A stretch of DNA of 32,000 bases from Pyrolobus fumarii 1A (GTDB lineage Archaea; Thermoproteota; Thermoprotei_A; Sulfolobales; Pyrodictiaceae), in contig NC_015931.1 of assembly GCF_000223395.1 (NCBI RefSeq), positions 425,292-457,291 on the forward strand, in the 5' to 3' direction. A program made the translations under genes and the position numbers. Below the pieces are notes generated by a model. The model made no database searches, had not been told where the DNA came from, and saw only the letters and a program-made list of their open reading frames with translations. Positions 17,237 to 25,711 of this stretch are shown here, in pieces (positions within the stretch are counted from its first letter, which is position 1; each line of letters begins with the position of its first letter).

Positions 17237-18961
17237 TCACTGTGTGGTGTAGGGTAGCCTGGTTGTTAGTTTCTCGATTTTCACTGTTCTCTCGTCACCC
17301 TCAATTATTAGGGAGGCGTTGGAATCTTTCAATATCGTTGCTAGTATCGCGATGAGTTGAGCCGCGCCCGCTAATATGCGCAGGGCTTCTGTGATATCGC
17401 TTGTGTCGGCTTGGATCACTGTCTTTCCGGCGTTTGGTGTTAATAGTATGGCGCAGCCAGTGTCAGCCTCGCGCCAGGCGTTGAACGCTCCTTTATCGTT
17501 AGTCGCTAGTATGGTCTTTCCCCGGGCGCTTACCAGCATGTTTGCCTCGCATGTGCCGTGGCCCTCGACCCCCTGCTCTAGGAGCGCTTCGGCGGCCATG
17601 GAGGCTATGCCGGAGAGCACAGCCTTGATATCGCTTGTAGAGCGTTTAGCCGCCTCCATGTAGTTGGACAGCGCCTCTCGGTATGCGCACGCCGGGAACC
17701 GTAGCACGTTGGGCTCTCCCCTCCTCCCGCTTAGGGCCATTCTCCACGCTAGCTCGTAGATGTCGTTGTGTGCGCCGAGATAGGCTAGGTTGGTATCCCC
17801 CCACACGCGGTACCCTTTCCCGAGACTAGACTCGAGTATATCAACGAGGCTGGCGTGCTTCTTCACGAACTCCGGACAATTGGCATGCTCGCTCACCACT
17901 AGCCTCCATAGCCCCGCGGCGACCGGCAGCTCCCGGAGCAACCCGAGCCACTTCCGGAAGCCATCGTCTTCGCAGGTGTTTCTCCCTCCATGCCCAGCGA
18001 TAGGGTACGACGCGCTGTAGAGTGTGCAAGCCGCGTCCTCGCTCTTAAAGAGCGTGTGCAGCTCCACACTGACAGTCTCCGGCTCGAAACCAAGCCCCTT
18101 CACTGTCAACACGTGGATGCGTTGCACACCACTGCTCCTCTCACCCACCTCGATGTAGACTCTAGCCTCGTCTCTTGCTACCGAGTTCAGCAGCTGGTGC
18201 ACAAGCCCCACAGCTGTGTTGAGCGGTTGGAAGCCCCGGCCTCTCCTATACGAGAGTGACTCGAGGCGCTTGGGTACACGTATGCGCGTGGGGCTGGGGC
18301 TGGCTGCTTGACGCGATCCACTCACGATATCGAAGATGACTGGTTTTGCGAGGAGCCTTGGCACTCTCGGGTAGAAGCCCGTCTCGTCACTCACTGCCCA
18401 CCAACCGACCAGCCTATCAACGCCGTGCGACGAGGTGTACGTCAGTAACAGTTGGTGGCTACTAGCCGCCCTCACAGATATGGAGGCCGCTGTAGAGGCT
18501 ATCGAGGACATCAGCTTAGTCCCGCCGGTGACATCGACTATAACGTCGTGCCCATTTTGCAGCTCTCGTTTCAATGTGCCCTGGAGCTCCTGGACAACCC
18601 CTCCGGGGTCACGCACAGCATGCGTCATCAGCTCGTCGATCACCACATTAGGCCCGCCCTCTATGAGCGCATCTAGCCTCCTCCTAGCATCCTCGGCGTA
18701 CCTCCGCGACACGTTAGTGGCCAGCAGCACCGCCCTATCATACCCTAGGACCTCGTAGGCAGCCGCTAATACTGATGTTATGGCGGCGGCGTTCGTGCCC
18801 ACGGTGGCATACAGGACTCGGCCCACGCGTATAGCCCCAGCCTTAACGCTACACACCCGCATATAACCATACTTAGGCTCTCCGCACAAGCGCCAAACCA
18901 GCATATACGCGTTGAGAGCTACCCGCCGCCTGGCCTCAGCACACGGGCCTGTTGTGCACAC
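17237..18961 (-). CDS. CARF-domain / PIN-domain fusion protein (candidate cyclic-oligoadenylate-responsive nuclease)
   Basis: 574-aa ORF; the likely start is ATG 18862 (MRVCSV...). The N-terminal Rossmann-like region has VLYATVGTNAAAITSVL and IVDVTGGTKLMSSIAS (nt 18506-18535), the D-x-T-G-G-T/R-K motif I associate with CARF domains. The C-terminal region (about nt 17402-17815) has the PIN hallmarks RVWGDTNLAYLG ... EANMLVSARGKTILATNDKGAF. The middle ~190 aa and the C-terminal tail are unassigned. Confidence 0.65.
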   Translation of the reverse strand: MCTTGPCAEARRRVALNAYMLVWRLCGEPKYGYMRVCSVKAGAIRVGRVLYATVGTNAAAITSVLAAAYEVLGYDRAVLLATNVSRRYAEDARRRLDALIEGGPNVVIDELMTHAVRDPGGVVQELQGTLKRELQNGHDVIVDVTGGTKLMSSIASTAASISVRAASSHQLLLTYTSSHGVDRLVGWWAVSDETGFYPRVPRLLAKPVIFDIVSGSRQAASPSPTRIRVPKRLESLSYRRGRGFQPLNTAVGLVHQLLNSVARDEARVYIEVGERSSGVQRIHVLTVKGLGFEPETVSVELHTLFKSEDAACTLYSASYPIAGHGGRNTCEDDGFRKWLGLLRELPVAAGLWRLVVSEHANCPEFVKKHASLVDILESSLGKGYRVWGDTNLAYLGAHNDIYELAWRMALSGRRGEPNVLRFPACAYREALSNYMEAAKRSTSDIKAVLSGIASMAAEALLEQGVEGHGTCEANMLVSARGKTILATNDKGAFNAWREADTGCAILLTPNAGKTVIQADTSDITEALRILAGAAQLIAILATILKDSNASLIIEGDERTVKIEKLTTRLPYTTQ

Positions 18962-18974
18962 AGGCCTGCGGGGT

Positions 18975-19415
18975 CTAGAGCTCCTCGGGCGTCGTGATGT
19001 GCTCCTCTGGGAGCTTGTGTCTACGGATGAACTCCACTAGGCTGTCGTCTATGGTTAGTAGTGTCAGGTTGTTCGCCAGGGCTATCGAGTATAGGAGGTT
19101 GTCCACCATATCCCGGTGTCCCATCATGTACATGCGTATGGCTTGCTCCACAGCCTCGGCCGTCATGGGGGCGTGCGACATGCTATCCCGGATAGCCTGG
19201 ACGCCCTCAACAACCCTCTGGATGTCCCCCGCCGGTCTACCCCTCAAGACCTTCACTATCTTCCAGAGGGCTTCCAGCAGGCTAATCTCACTATAGTACA
19301 GCTCGTGGCCGGCCAGCCTCGGAAGCGCCCTCATGACCCTCTGTGAGGTTTCGAAGCCCAGCACCGGTAGGAGGAAAGAAGTGTCAAGTAGTAGACGCAA
19401 GCCTCTCCTGCTCAC
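18975..19415 (-). CDS. vapC: PIN-domain toxin (VapC)
   Basis: 146-aa ORF with the four PIN acidic positions in context: LLLDTSFLLP, SEISLLEAL, DNLLYSIALA and LLTIDDSL. It overlaps the upstream AbrB-type gene by 32 nt. Confidence 0.85.
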   Translation of the reverse strand: MSRRGLRLLLDTSFLLPVLGFETSQRVMRALPRLAGHELYYSEISLLEALWKIVKVLRGRPAGDIQRVVEGVQAIRDSMSHAPMTAEAVEQAIRMYMMGHRDMVDNLLYSIALANNLTLLTIDDSLVEFIRRHKLPEEHITTPEEL

Positions 19416-19644
19416 GGAGGCTCTCCTCCTCCACGTCCTCCGCCGGTATGTAGCCTATCCTCCTCCCATGCAGAGCGAGCCAGAGCGCGTCGCGAACCGG
19501 CTCGATGATTATCCGGCCGTCCTCAGCCCGGATCCTAACCCGCTGCCCCTCAACCAACCCCACCGCCTCCGCAACAGCCTTGGGTATCACAACCACCCTC
19601 TTCCTCCCAACCCGCGTCTCGACAACAACGCCCACCACAATCAC
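19384..19644 (-). CDS. vapB: AbrB/SpoVT-type antitoxin (VapB)
   Basis: RVGRKRVVVIPKAVAEAVGLVEGQRVRIRAEDGRIIIEPV is a SpoVT/AbrB looped-hinge signature. It sits immediately upstream of vapC. Confidence 0.8.
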   Translation of the reverse strand: MIVVGVVVETRVGRKRVVVIPKAVAEAVGLVEGQRVRIRAEDGRIIIEPVRDALWLALHGRRIGYIPAEDVEEESLREQERLASTT

Positions 19645-19699
19645 CCAACAGAAAGACGACAGTCAAACCGCCAAATAAGAGTCCAACCCGCCTAGGAGG

Positions 19700-20097
19700 G
19701 CAGAACACCACAATCATGACACCCTGTGGACGCATCCTCGGGGCAACGTGGTAACCCGCCAGCCCCACCGTTAGCAGATAGGCGCCCCGTGCAGCCAGGC
19801 TATGAGGTACGCATCGATAGCCCTGCACCCTATTGCCGACGCTACCCTGAAGCCTCCTCGTCGACACTCCTACAGGGGCCCAGCACCCCGCGATTCCGGC
19901 CACCAGTCTCTCGGTAACGTCCCTCGGGTCGCAACACACTAGCAGCCCCGCGATCCCCGCCTTGGAGAGTAGGGGCTCGCACATGGCGAGGCCATCCACC
20001 CTCATGAAGAGTGTCTCGGCGAGCTTCGACCCGCGCCCGCCCCAACGTTGAACAAGTCGAACCCTAGAGGAGCGTCTATGACGACCGACCGGGTCAT
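19700..20097 (-). pseudogene. Decayed PIN-toxin gene downstream of the DUF104 antitoxin (3' end approximate)
   Basis: An ATG at 20097 overlaps the antitoxin stop as ATGA. It opens MTRSVVIDAPLGFDLF (PIN-like N-terminus) but hits TGA at 20002-20004. Homology-like sequence continues in another frame (LAMCEPLLSKAG ... YRCVPHSLAARGAYLLTVG), with acidic catalytic positions apparently replaced. Confidence 0.3.
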
Positions 20098-20318
20098 CTC
20101 CTCTCGCTCACAAACTCCTCTATAGCCTCCGGCGGCAGCCTCACACCAAACCTCCCCCTATAACACCACACAGGCTCAACGATACCCTCCTCAACCCTCC
20201 TGATCCCCACCAGCACCTCTCTCCTCCCGCAACTCGGCTTCCCAAGCGGCTTCAACACGCCACCCTCAAACCGAGCCCTCACGACCCTAGCCACACTCCC
20301 CTCGCGTAATCTACGCAA
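20094..20318 (-). CDS. DUF104 (AF2212/PF01954-like) antitoxin-type protein
   Basis: RARFEGGVLKPLGKP...REVLVGI matches the Y/F-x-x-G-V-L-K-P-L signature of the DUF104 family. The probable start is GTG 20294 (MARVVRARFEGG). Confidence 0.6.
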   Translation of the reverse strand: MRRLREGSVARVVRARFEGGVLKPLGKPSCGRREVLVGIRRVEEGIVEPVWCYRGRFGVRLPPEAIEEFVSERR

Positions 20319-20489
20319 TCATAATAGAAGTCTATCAGGTTATGCTCCCATGCAAACTCCTCTTGCACAAGGAGCTTATCGCGCCCTCTGTCGTCATGCG
20401 GGGCGTGTTAACCGGTATAAGCATCGATATAGTGTCGTGCCCTGTCTTCCATCTACAACTCGGCTGGCGCTTCTAGGAGGCGTTTAGGA

Positions 20490-21509
20490 TTGACACCGTG
20501 GAGGGATTGCGGGTGGAGGACCGGGCTGGGTACCTGCTTCTACAACCGGAGGGTTGAGACCGAGCGCCTTTCTAGTCTCCTGGATGGTTTCAGCCTCGTT
20601 GTTCTCGTGGGGCCGCGGAATGCTGGTAAGAGCGAGCTTGCAAGATATACGCTCCTCCGCGTGAAGCGCGTCAAGCCGATGATAGTTGATGCTAGGAGGG
20701 TGGTCGCGAGGGCCGGGCTGGGCGGGCGACTAGAGCCTCTCGGCGAGCGTGTGGTCGGCACAGTGGCGAGGTTTGTTGAGGAGAAGGCTGGGCTAGGTGC
20801 GCTACTCGACCTGGTCTCCAGTGTCTATCGGGAACTTGCTCTCGACGAGTATGTCGTGATAGACGAGGTTCACCTGGTTGCGCGCGACACTCTCCGCGAG
20901 CTTGAGGCTCTCGCTAAGCTGCTCCGCTTCTACCCGGAGTATAAGAAGTGGAAGATGGTAGTCACTTGTAGCGAGGGCTTCCTGCTGGCGCAGGGTCTGG
21001 CCGATAGGCTGGACGGGTACGGCGCCCGTGTTCTCCTCCTCGAGCCTCTAGGCGAGGAGGATGCGCGTGCACTCTACGAGGAGTACGTGGAGAGGAGAGG
21101 GTGCAGGCTAGGCTGGAGCCTCTACTGGGGGCTTATCGGCGGACTACCCGGCTACCTCCCAGACTACTGCGCGATGAACCCGGACGAGCTCAGACGATGG
21201 GTGCACGAGAGGCTCTCTAGCCTCGTATCCGCGCTCCTGGAGGCCGCCAGGGAGGCCAGGGTAGACCCCGCAGAGGTACTCCGCGCCGCACACGAGCTGC
21301 TAGTGGAAGGGCAACAGGTGCTAACGCCGCTGCACCTGACCCTAAGCAGGGTACTCGTACACACAAACATAGCGTACCAAGCCGGGCTCCAGCTAAAACC
21401 ACAGCTCAGGGTATACACCGTCGCACTAGCACTATGGGCGTCACGCGGCTACAACGAACCACCCAACCCCCAAGACGTGATCAAAGCAGCCAAAGAAGAC
21501 ACGGTGTGA
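20490..21509 (+). CDS. Archaeal ATPase family protein (PF01637-type)
   Basis: 339-aa ORF. The N-terminal WRTGLGTCFYNRRVETERL and Walker A VLVGPRNAGKSELARY, plus a Walker B-like motif YVVIDEVH, make it closely paralogous to 30228-31403. Confidence 0.8.
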   Translation: MTPWRDCGWRTGLGTCFYNRRVETERLSSLLDGFSLVVLVGPRNAGKSELARYTLLRVKRVKPMIVDARRVVARAGLGGRLEPLGERVVGTVARFVEEKAGLGALLDLVSSVYRELALDEYVVIDEVHLVARDTLRELEALAKLLRFYPEYKKWKMVVTCSEGFLLAQGLADRLDGYGARVLLLEPLGEEDARALYEEYVERRGCRLGWSLYWGLIGGLPGYLPDYCAMNPDELRRWVHERLSSLVSALLEAAREARVDPAEVLRAAHELLVEGQQVLTPLHLTLSRVLVHTNIAYQAGLQLKPQLRVYTVALALWASRGYNEPPNPQDVIKAAKEDTV

Positions 21510-21700
21510 CACCCTCACAACCCACTACACATGCTACATCCCCTGGACAACCACGCCGAGCCTAGCACCGCGCCAACGGCACTCCTATACCGTCTAGACG
21601 CTTACGCCCTCACCCGGCAACCCACACATCACAACGTTAGAGAACGGCACCGATAGAGTACCCTTCCCCAGGCTCTAGGCTCGCACAACGGGCGACTCTA

Positions 21701-22318
21701 CTACGCTCTCTGTTTACCTCCGAAGCACCTGGTGTATACCGGTTTGCGCCCCGCTTCTATCTCTTCGAGCAGCTGGTGTGCCTCCATCACTACCGTATCT
21801 GCTAGTCGGAGTATCCTCTCCCACCTTATCCTTTCAAGCGCGTCTAGAAACGCTTGTGTGTCCAATATGTTCTCCTCGCGGGCGAGAAGAAGGAGGCCCA
21901 CAGTTCCGGTAACAGCTGTGTTCCTCTTAGGGAGCAGCTTCGCCGCCTTTGTCCTCGCTCTCTTATCGTCAAGTACTAGGCAGATGCGTGTGCGACCCCT
22001 CCTGGAATAGTATAGTGCAATTGCGATTGCGTGCTTCTCTCCCTCGCCTAAACCTACAGCTGACTGCTCCACCACCTCTAGGTACTCCAATTGAGCATCA
22101 ACAATGTATGCCGCATACTCGTTAGGGTTGCATTCGAAATTCGGATGTTGTATCTCTTTGTAAACGCTGCGCGGTATGACAATAGTATAACCCTTCTCTG
22201 TTAGCTTATGCACCAGGTTAACCATGCCTAGTTTGCAGAGGGTAACTAGCGTGCTCGTATCCAGTATTATGATGCGGTTAGCCGCTCTACTCCTCGAATA
22301 GCTTATCGCTCGTGACAA
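21701..22318 (-). CDS. DUF3368/COG2405-type PIN-like protein (toxin partner of UPF0175)
   Basis: IIILDTSTLVTLCKLGMVNLVHKL...IVIPRSVYKEI and LGEGEKHAIAIAL...LVLDDKRARTKAAKL...VTGTVGLLLLA match my recollection of the DUF3368 pattern. It overlaps the upstream gene by 32 nt. Confidence 0.7.
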   Translation of the reverse strand: MSRAISYSRSRAANRIIILDTSTLVTLCKLGMVNLVHKLTEKGYTIVIPRSVYKEIQHPNFECNPNEYAAYIVDAQLEYLEVVEQSAVGLGEGEKHAIAIALYYSRRGRTRICLVLDDKRARTKAAKLLPKRNTAVTGTVGLLLLAREENILDTQAFLDALERIRWERILRLADTVVMEAHQLLEEIEAGRKPVYTRCFGGKQRA

Positions 22319-22928
22319 GGCCTCCTAGCTTCCTCCGCGCGATATCAACAAACTCTAAAACGTTCATGCCAGCCACCCTTGCGGCCAGAGTAACTGAGAT
22401 TAAGCCGCGCTCGTATAGCTTGAGGGCTGTCTCTAGACGCAGACGTTTATCCAGGAGTATATGCTTCTTCTCCGACTCCTCATAGCCACCATACACGCTA
22501 TATACGAAGGCTAGTAGCTCCCTATCGTCCAGCTCATTGAATATCTCGAGAGTCTCCCTTAGCAAGGATGCGAGGTTGCCCCGCTTTTCTACAGCTTGCC
22601 ACGCCCTCTCCCCCTCGTTAATGTCACGCAGCCTCACACCCTCCCTGCTGCTCTCCGTTACACCCTTCTTCTCCAACATCTCCAGCTCGTGCTCCACATC
22701 CTCACTCCACGCGCCAAAACGGTATGGTATGAACTCTACATCTTGTACAGCTCGCGGCGCGTGACTCGAGACTATGTAGAGGAGTTTCATGAGACGCAAC
22801 CTTGAGAGTTTGCCACCAGCGGTGTACAACGCCGCAAGTATGAGGTCACGTAGCGTGACCCTCTCGCCAGATCCACGTGCAACACGGCGAAGAGCGTCTC
22901 TGCTCAGCCTTGCCACGCTACTCGCCAA
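22287..22928 (-). CDS. UPF0175/COG2886-type antitoxin with a ~150-aa N-terminal extension
   Basis: 213-aa ORF with a TTG start. The C-terminal LRLETALKLYERGLISVTLAARVAGMNVLEFVDIARRKLG is a UPF0175 signature. The N-terminal part (RLRLMKLLYIVSS...FIPYRFGAWSEDVEHELEMLEKKG) resembles SocA/Panacea (DUF4065)-type domains. TTTTTAAGTAAAT (transcript sense, + strand about 22949-22961) lies 20-30 nt upstream of the start. Confidence 0.65.
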   Translation of the reverse strand: MASSVARLSRDALRRVARGSGERVTLRDLILAALYTAGGKLSRLRLMKLLYIVSSHAPRAVQDVEFIPYRFGAWSEDVEHELEMLEKKGVTESSREGVRLRDINEGERAWQAVEKRGNLASLLRETLEIFNELDDRELLAFVYSVYGGYEESEKKHILLDKRLRLETALKLYERGLISVTLAARVAGMNVLEFVDIARRKLGGLVTSDKLFEE

Positions 22929-23297
22929 GTACCATTAGGACTGCATTTACTTAAAAACGACTACCGTACGTACGGTGGGCCGTGATAGCTGGTTAATACT
23001 CCATAGGGTTACACAAGTCCAATCTGATCATATCTGTATAGTATTGGCGCAGGTGGTGATTAACAGGATGGAGTTTAGCGATATCCATGTTGGTTCTAGG
23101 TTGCTAAGGTCTCCCGGCGTCCTTGTCGATCACAGGGTGTATGAGAGGTTCTGCGTGGATCCGGGTGACAAAAGATATCGAGAAGTATTGCAACAAACTC
23201 CTTATCAATACATACTAGATTCGAAGTATATACGAGTCTGGCGTCGTTTACGAGCCTGGAGAAGGCTGTAAAGCGACTTGAGAAGGTAGTTGAGCGG

Positions 23298-23768
23298 ATG
23301 GACGAAGGCTCTTTGCCCGAGAAGCCAGTAGTGTGGATCTTGCACTTTGATAGCTTGAATGATGTTAGTGCGAGTAGTGTAGCTAAGCTTGTAACTGATG
23401 TCCTAGCGTCATATGATAACATTGGTATCGCGCCTGGTTTCGGTGTAAAAGTGGCCCCCGAGGAAGGAGCAGAGATCGTAACGATGCTCCTCGAGAGTGA
23501 CGCCTCGCACAGAGTATTCATGCCTATGCCTATCGTGTTCTTTCGTGATAACGTAGCGAAGGAAAGGTATCTGAACTCTCTCACCGATATGCTCTCCAGC
23601 GACATCGATGTGGCCGGTATGTGCTTTGACGCCGAGGGAGCTTACTTCGGCTCATCTCGCGTTACACGAATTGCAGCTGAGCTTCTAGGGATGCGCATCC
23701 AGGCCAATGGTGCAATGCCGCTAGTAGCTGTGAACATGAGAACGTCGAGAAAGGCTAGAATCGCGTGA
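23298..23768 (+). CDS. Hypothetical protein
   Basis: 156-aa ORF with protein-like composition. The overlapping minus-strand ORF 23096-23605 is Ser/Thr-rich and looks like an antisense artefact. No motif was recognised. Confidence 0.45.
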   Translation: MDEGSLPEKPVVWILHFDSLNDVSASSVAKLVTDVLASYDNIGIAPGFGVKVAPEEGAEIVTMLLESDASHRVFMPMPIVFFRDNVAKERYLNSLTDMLSSDIDVAGMCFDAEGAYFGSSRVTRIAAELLGMRIQANGAMPLVAVNMRTSRKARIA

Positions 23769-23991
23769 ATAGCATTAGCACCCCTCTTCCGCATCGACGC
23801 TGTTGGGTTGAGTCACGCAAAGGCACCTTGGGCGAAGAGGCAACCACCCAATCCCACGGTCATAGATGTGGTTGTAACGCTTCATGTGTGATGCGCCGCG
23901 TCCGGTGCACCCTGGGGTGGAGGAGGTACTAGCTGCAGCAGTGCCTAGAGGCTGCATGTCGGGCTAGTGGTGGCCCGAGAGGCGGGGTTAC

Positions 23992-24561
23992 ATGGTACTT
24001 TTCCCTGCGTGCCGCTATGTTACAAGGCGAGGGTCCTGTGGCATGATGGCGCTCACAGTGGATGATGGGAGTGTGGGGCGGCGTAGCGGTGTGAGGGAGG
24101 TGGAGCGTCACCGTGGTAACTTGTTATGGGCGTTGGAGCTGGCTGAAAGGGAGTTGGGTACCACGCCGAGGCAGGCGTTCAACAAGGTGTTTCTAGCGTG
24201 GCGCGAGGCTATAGCCTATATAGCGGCGCGGTTGCTCGCCGATCTCCGTCTCTCCAAGGTTGTGCGGGACCAGCTCTCCCGCCTACCCACTCCAGCCTAC
24301 GAGGATGGAGAGGTGAGGGTCACCACGAGCAACGCGGTGAAGACTCTGAAGACCCTGCTTAGGGTGTGTAGCGAGGCTGGTTGCGGGCGGCGCGTGGTCG
24401 AGGCTCTCAGGTTGCTGTGGGAGGTGCGAGACACCGCCTTTAAGCTCCACACGGCGTTTTACGAGGGGCCGGAGCACGCTGGCTTCGAGGATGAGATGGA
24501 GGCTGTAGAGGCGACAGGGAGGCTCCTGGAGAAGATCCGTCGCTTGGTGGAGACGCTCTAG
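23992..24561 (+). CDS. PaREP1-like protein (second copy)
   Basis: FNKVFLAWREAIAYIAARLL ... AFKLHTAFYEGPEHAGFEDEMEAVEATGRLLEKIRRLV parallels WGAVALAVKAYAA ... LHTCFYEGW ... AEKLVEEIRARI in the 6985-7536 gene. The likely start is ATG 24043. Confidence 0.5.
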   Translation: MVLFPACRYVTRRGSCGMMALTVDDGSVGRRSGVREVERHRGNLLWALELAERELGTTPRQAFNKVFLAWREAIAYIAARLLADLRLSKVVRDQLSRLPTPAYEDGEVRVTTSNAVKTLKTLLRVCSEAGCGRRVVEALRLLWEVRDTAFKLHTAFYEGPEHAGFEDEMEAVEATGRLLEKIRRLVETL

Positions 24562-24874
24562 TGGCAGGCCAGGCCCGGGTTGGCCCGCCCCTCCAGCACC
24601 AAGTCTAGAAGATTCAACATGTTATAGTGTAAGGCAGGGATGGGAACGTCAGGCTTAACGCTCAACCCGATCATCATGGAGCTTTCCCGGCGCCGCCCTA
24701 CACCACGCAATAAGGCTGGAAAACATGATAGCCAAAACGCAACCGAATAGAGGCAGGGATAGCGACACAACTAGCCGGGGCATAGCAGTGGACTATAAGG
24801 TAACGCCCCGGCCGCCACCCTCTAGGTGCATAGGTTAATGTTGGGGTGCAAATGCACCACAAATATATACTTGT

Positions 24875-25635
24875 GTGTTGACTGCCCTTAACACGGTGTC
24901 AACTCCCTTGGAGGATCTTTGTAGGGTTATAGTCGAGGGTTCTAGGCGCTACCGGGCTAGTATGGAGGGGCTAGTCTGGGATCGTATACTCGAGGCTACA
25001 CCCATACTACAGTCGTATATACTTCGGGGCTCGGGTCCACGAGGTTACGATGATAACGCCGCCGCGAAGCTACTCTGGGCTAGCCTTGCAGTCTGGGGTA
25101 ACGTGAGGAGCCTACACGCGTACCAGGAGGATCTCCGCGACTGTGCGCTTGGCCCATGGGTGAGCAGGTACGGTCGCGACCTCATAGCCGAGCTGCGTGG
25201 GGGTACCGTTCCGTCGTAGAGAGGCTTGCTGGGCTACCCGAGACGCTCCGACCAGGGGATATCGAGAGTGTCCAGGTAGACCTGGAGAAGCTCTACCAGG
25301 CGTTGCTCGGCGTGAGGTGTATAGGGACGACGGCAGCATCGAAGATAATAGCGTTGCTCACGCTCTTTCACATTCCCCCGGTAGACGGCGTGATAGCCGA
25401 GTGCGTGATCGGGAAGAGGGAGCCTAGCAAGCCTAGCGAGTATGTTACCGTTGTAAAGAAGCTAGCCGAGATTCTGGCAGAGTGCATGGAGAGCAGAGAG
25501 TTCCTGGTGTATCTTGCAGAGAGGAGGGCGGAGGCGCGCAGCGTCATAGCGGCAAAGCCGTTCAAGATACTCGACGAGGGCCTCTGGTTCACACTGGTCT
25601 ATGAGAAGAAGCGTGTAGGGGTGTGTAGAGAGTAG
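24875..25635 (+). pseudogene. Hypothetical gene split by a frame change at a G5 run (or two overlapping ORFs)
   Basis: ORF 24875-25219 ends ...AELRGGTVPS*. ORF 25156-25635 continues in the -1 frame as ...AAWGYRSVVERLAGL. The frames switch at GGGGG 25199-25203, and one extra G would fuse them into a protein of about 250 aa. The second half contains IGTTAASKIIALL...PPVDGVI. AAATATATA at 24861-24869 suggests a leaderless start near GTG 24896. Confidence 0.4.
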
Positions 25636-25711
25636 TAAGGGGCATGCTGAGGCTCTTGCCTAACTCTGGGCCCTTGGTCGTCGCTAGGGGGCGCGCTGAG
25701 GGTGTGCTCGC

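Noticed and set aside
17237-18961. Classifying the 574-aa CARF protein as Csx1/Csm6 (CARF-HEPN).
   Set aside because: I could not find an R-x4-6-H HEPN motif in the C-terminal half. The D-T-N ... T-N-D pattern fits a PIN domain instead.
19550-20005. A 151-aa ORF treated as an intact gene.
   Set aside because: It lacks a sensible start context and overlaps the vapB start region. It is better explained as the out-of-frame continuation of a decayed PIN gene that initiates at 20097.
23096-23605. A 169-aa minus-strand ORF overlapping 23298-23768.
   Set aside because: Its Ser/Thr-rich composition looks like an antisense artefact, and the plus-strand frame has the more protein-like composition. 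Neither frame has a recognisable motif, so even the retained call has low confidence.
24558-24770. A possible C/D-box sRNA on the minus strand (ATGATGA ... CTGA) and a 70-aa ORF.
   Set aside because: The box spacing does not fit the 12-nt guide architecture and no terminal D box was found. The ORF has no motif or start context.
24845-24858. A perfect palindrome, GGTGCA-AA-TGCACC, immediately upstream of the TATA-like AAATATATA.
   Set aside because: Inverted repeats with 6-bp arms are expected several times by chance in 32 kb. The placement is suggestive, but there is no second copy or other support.
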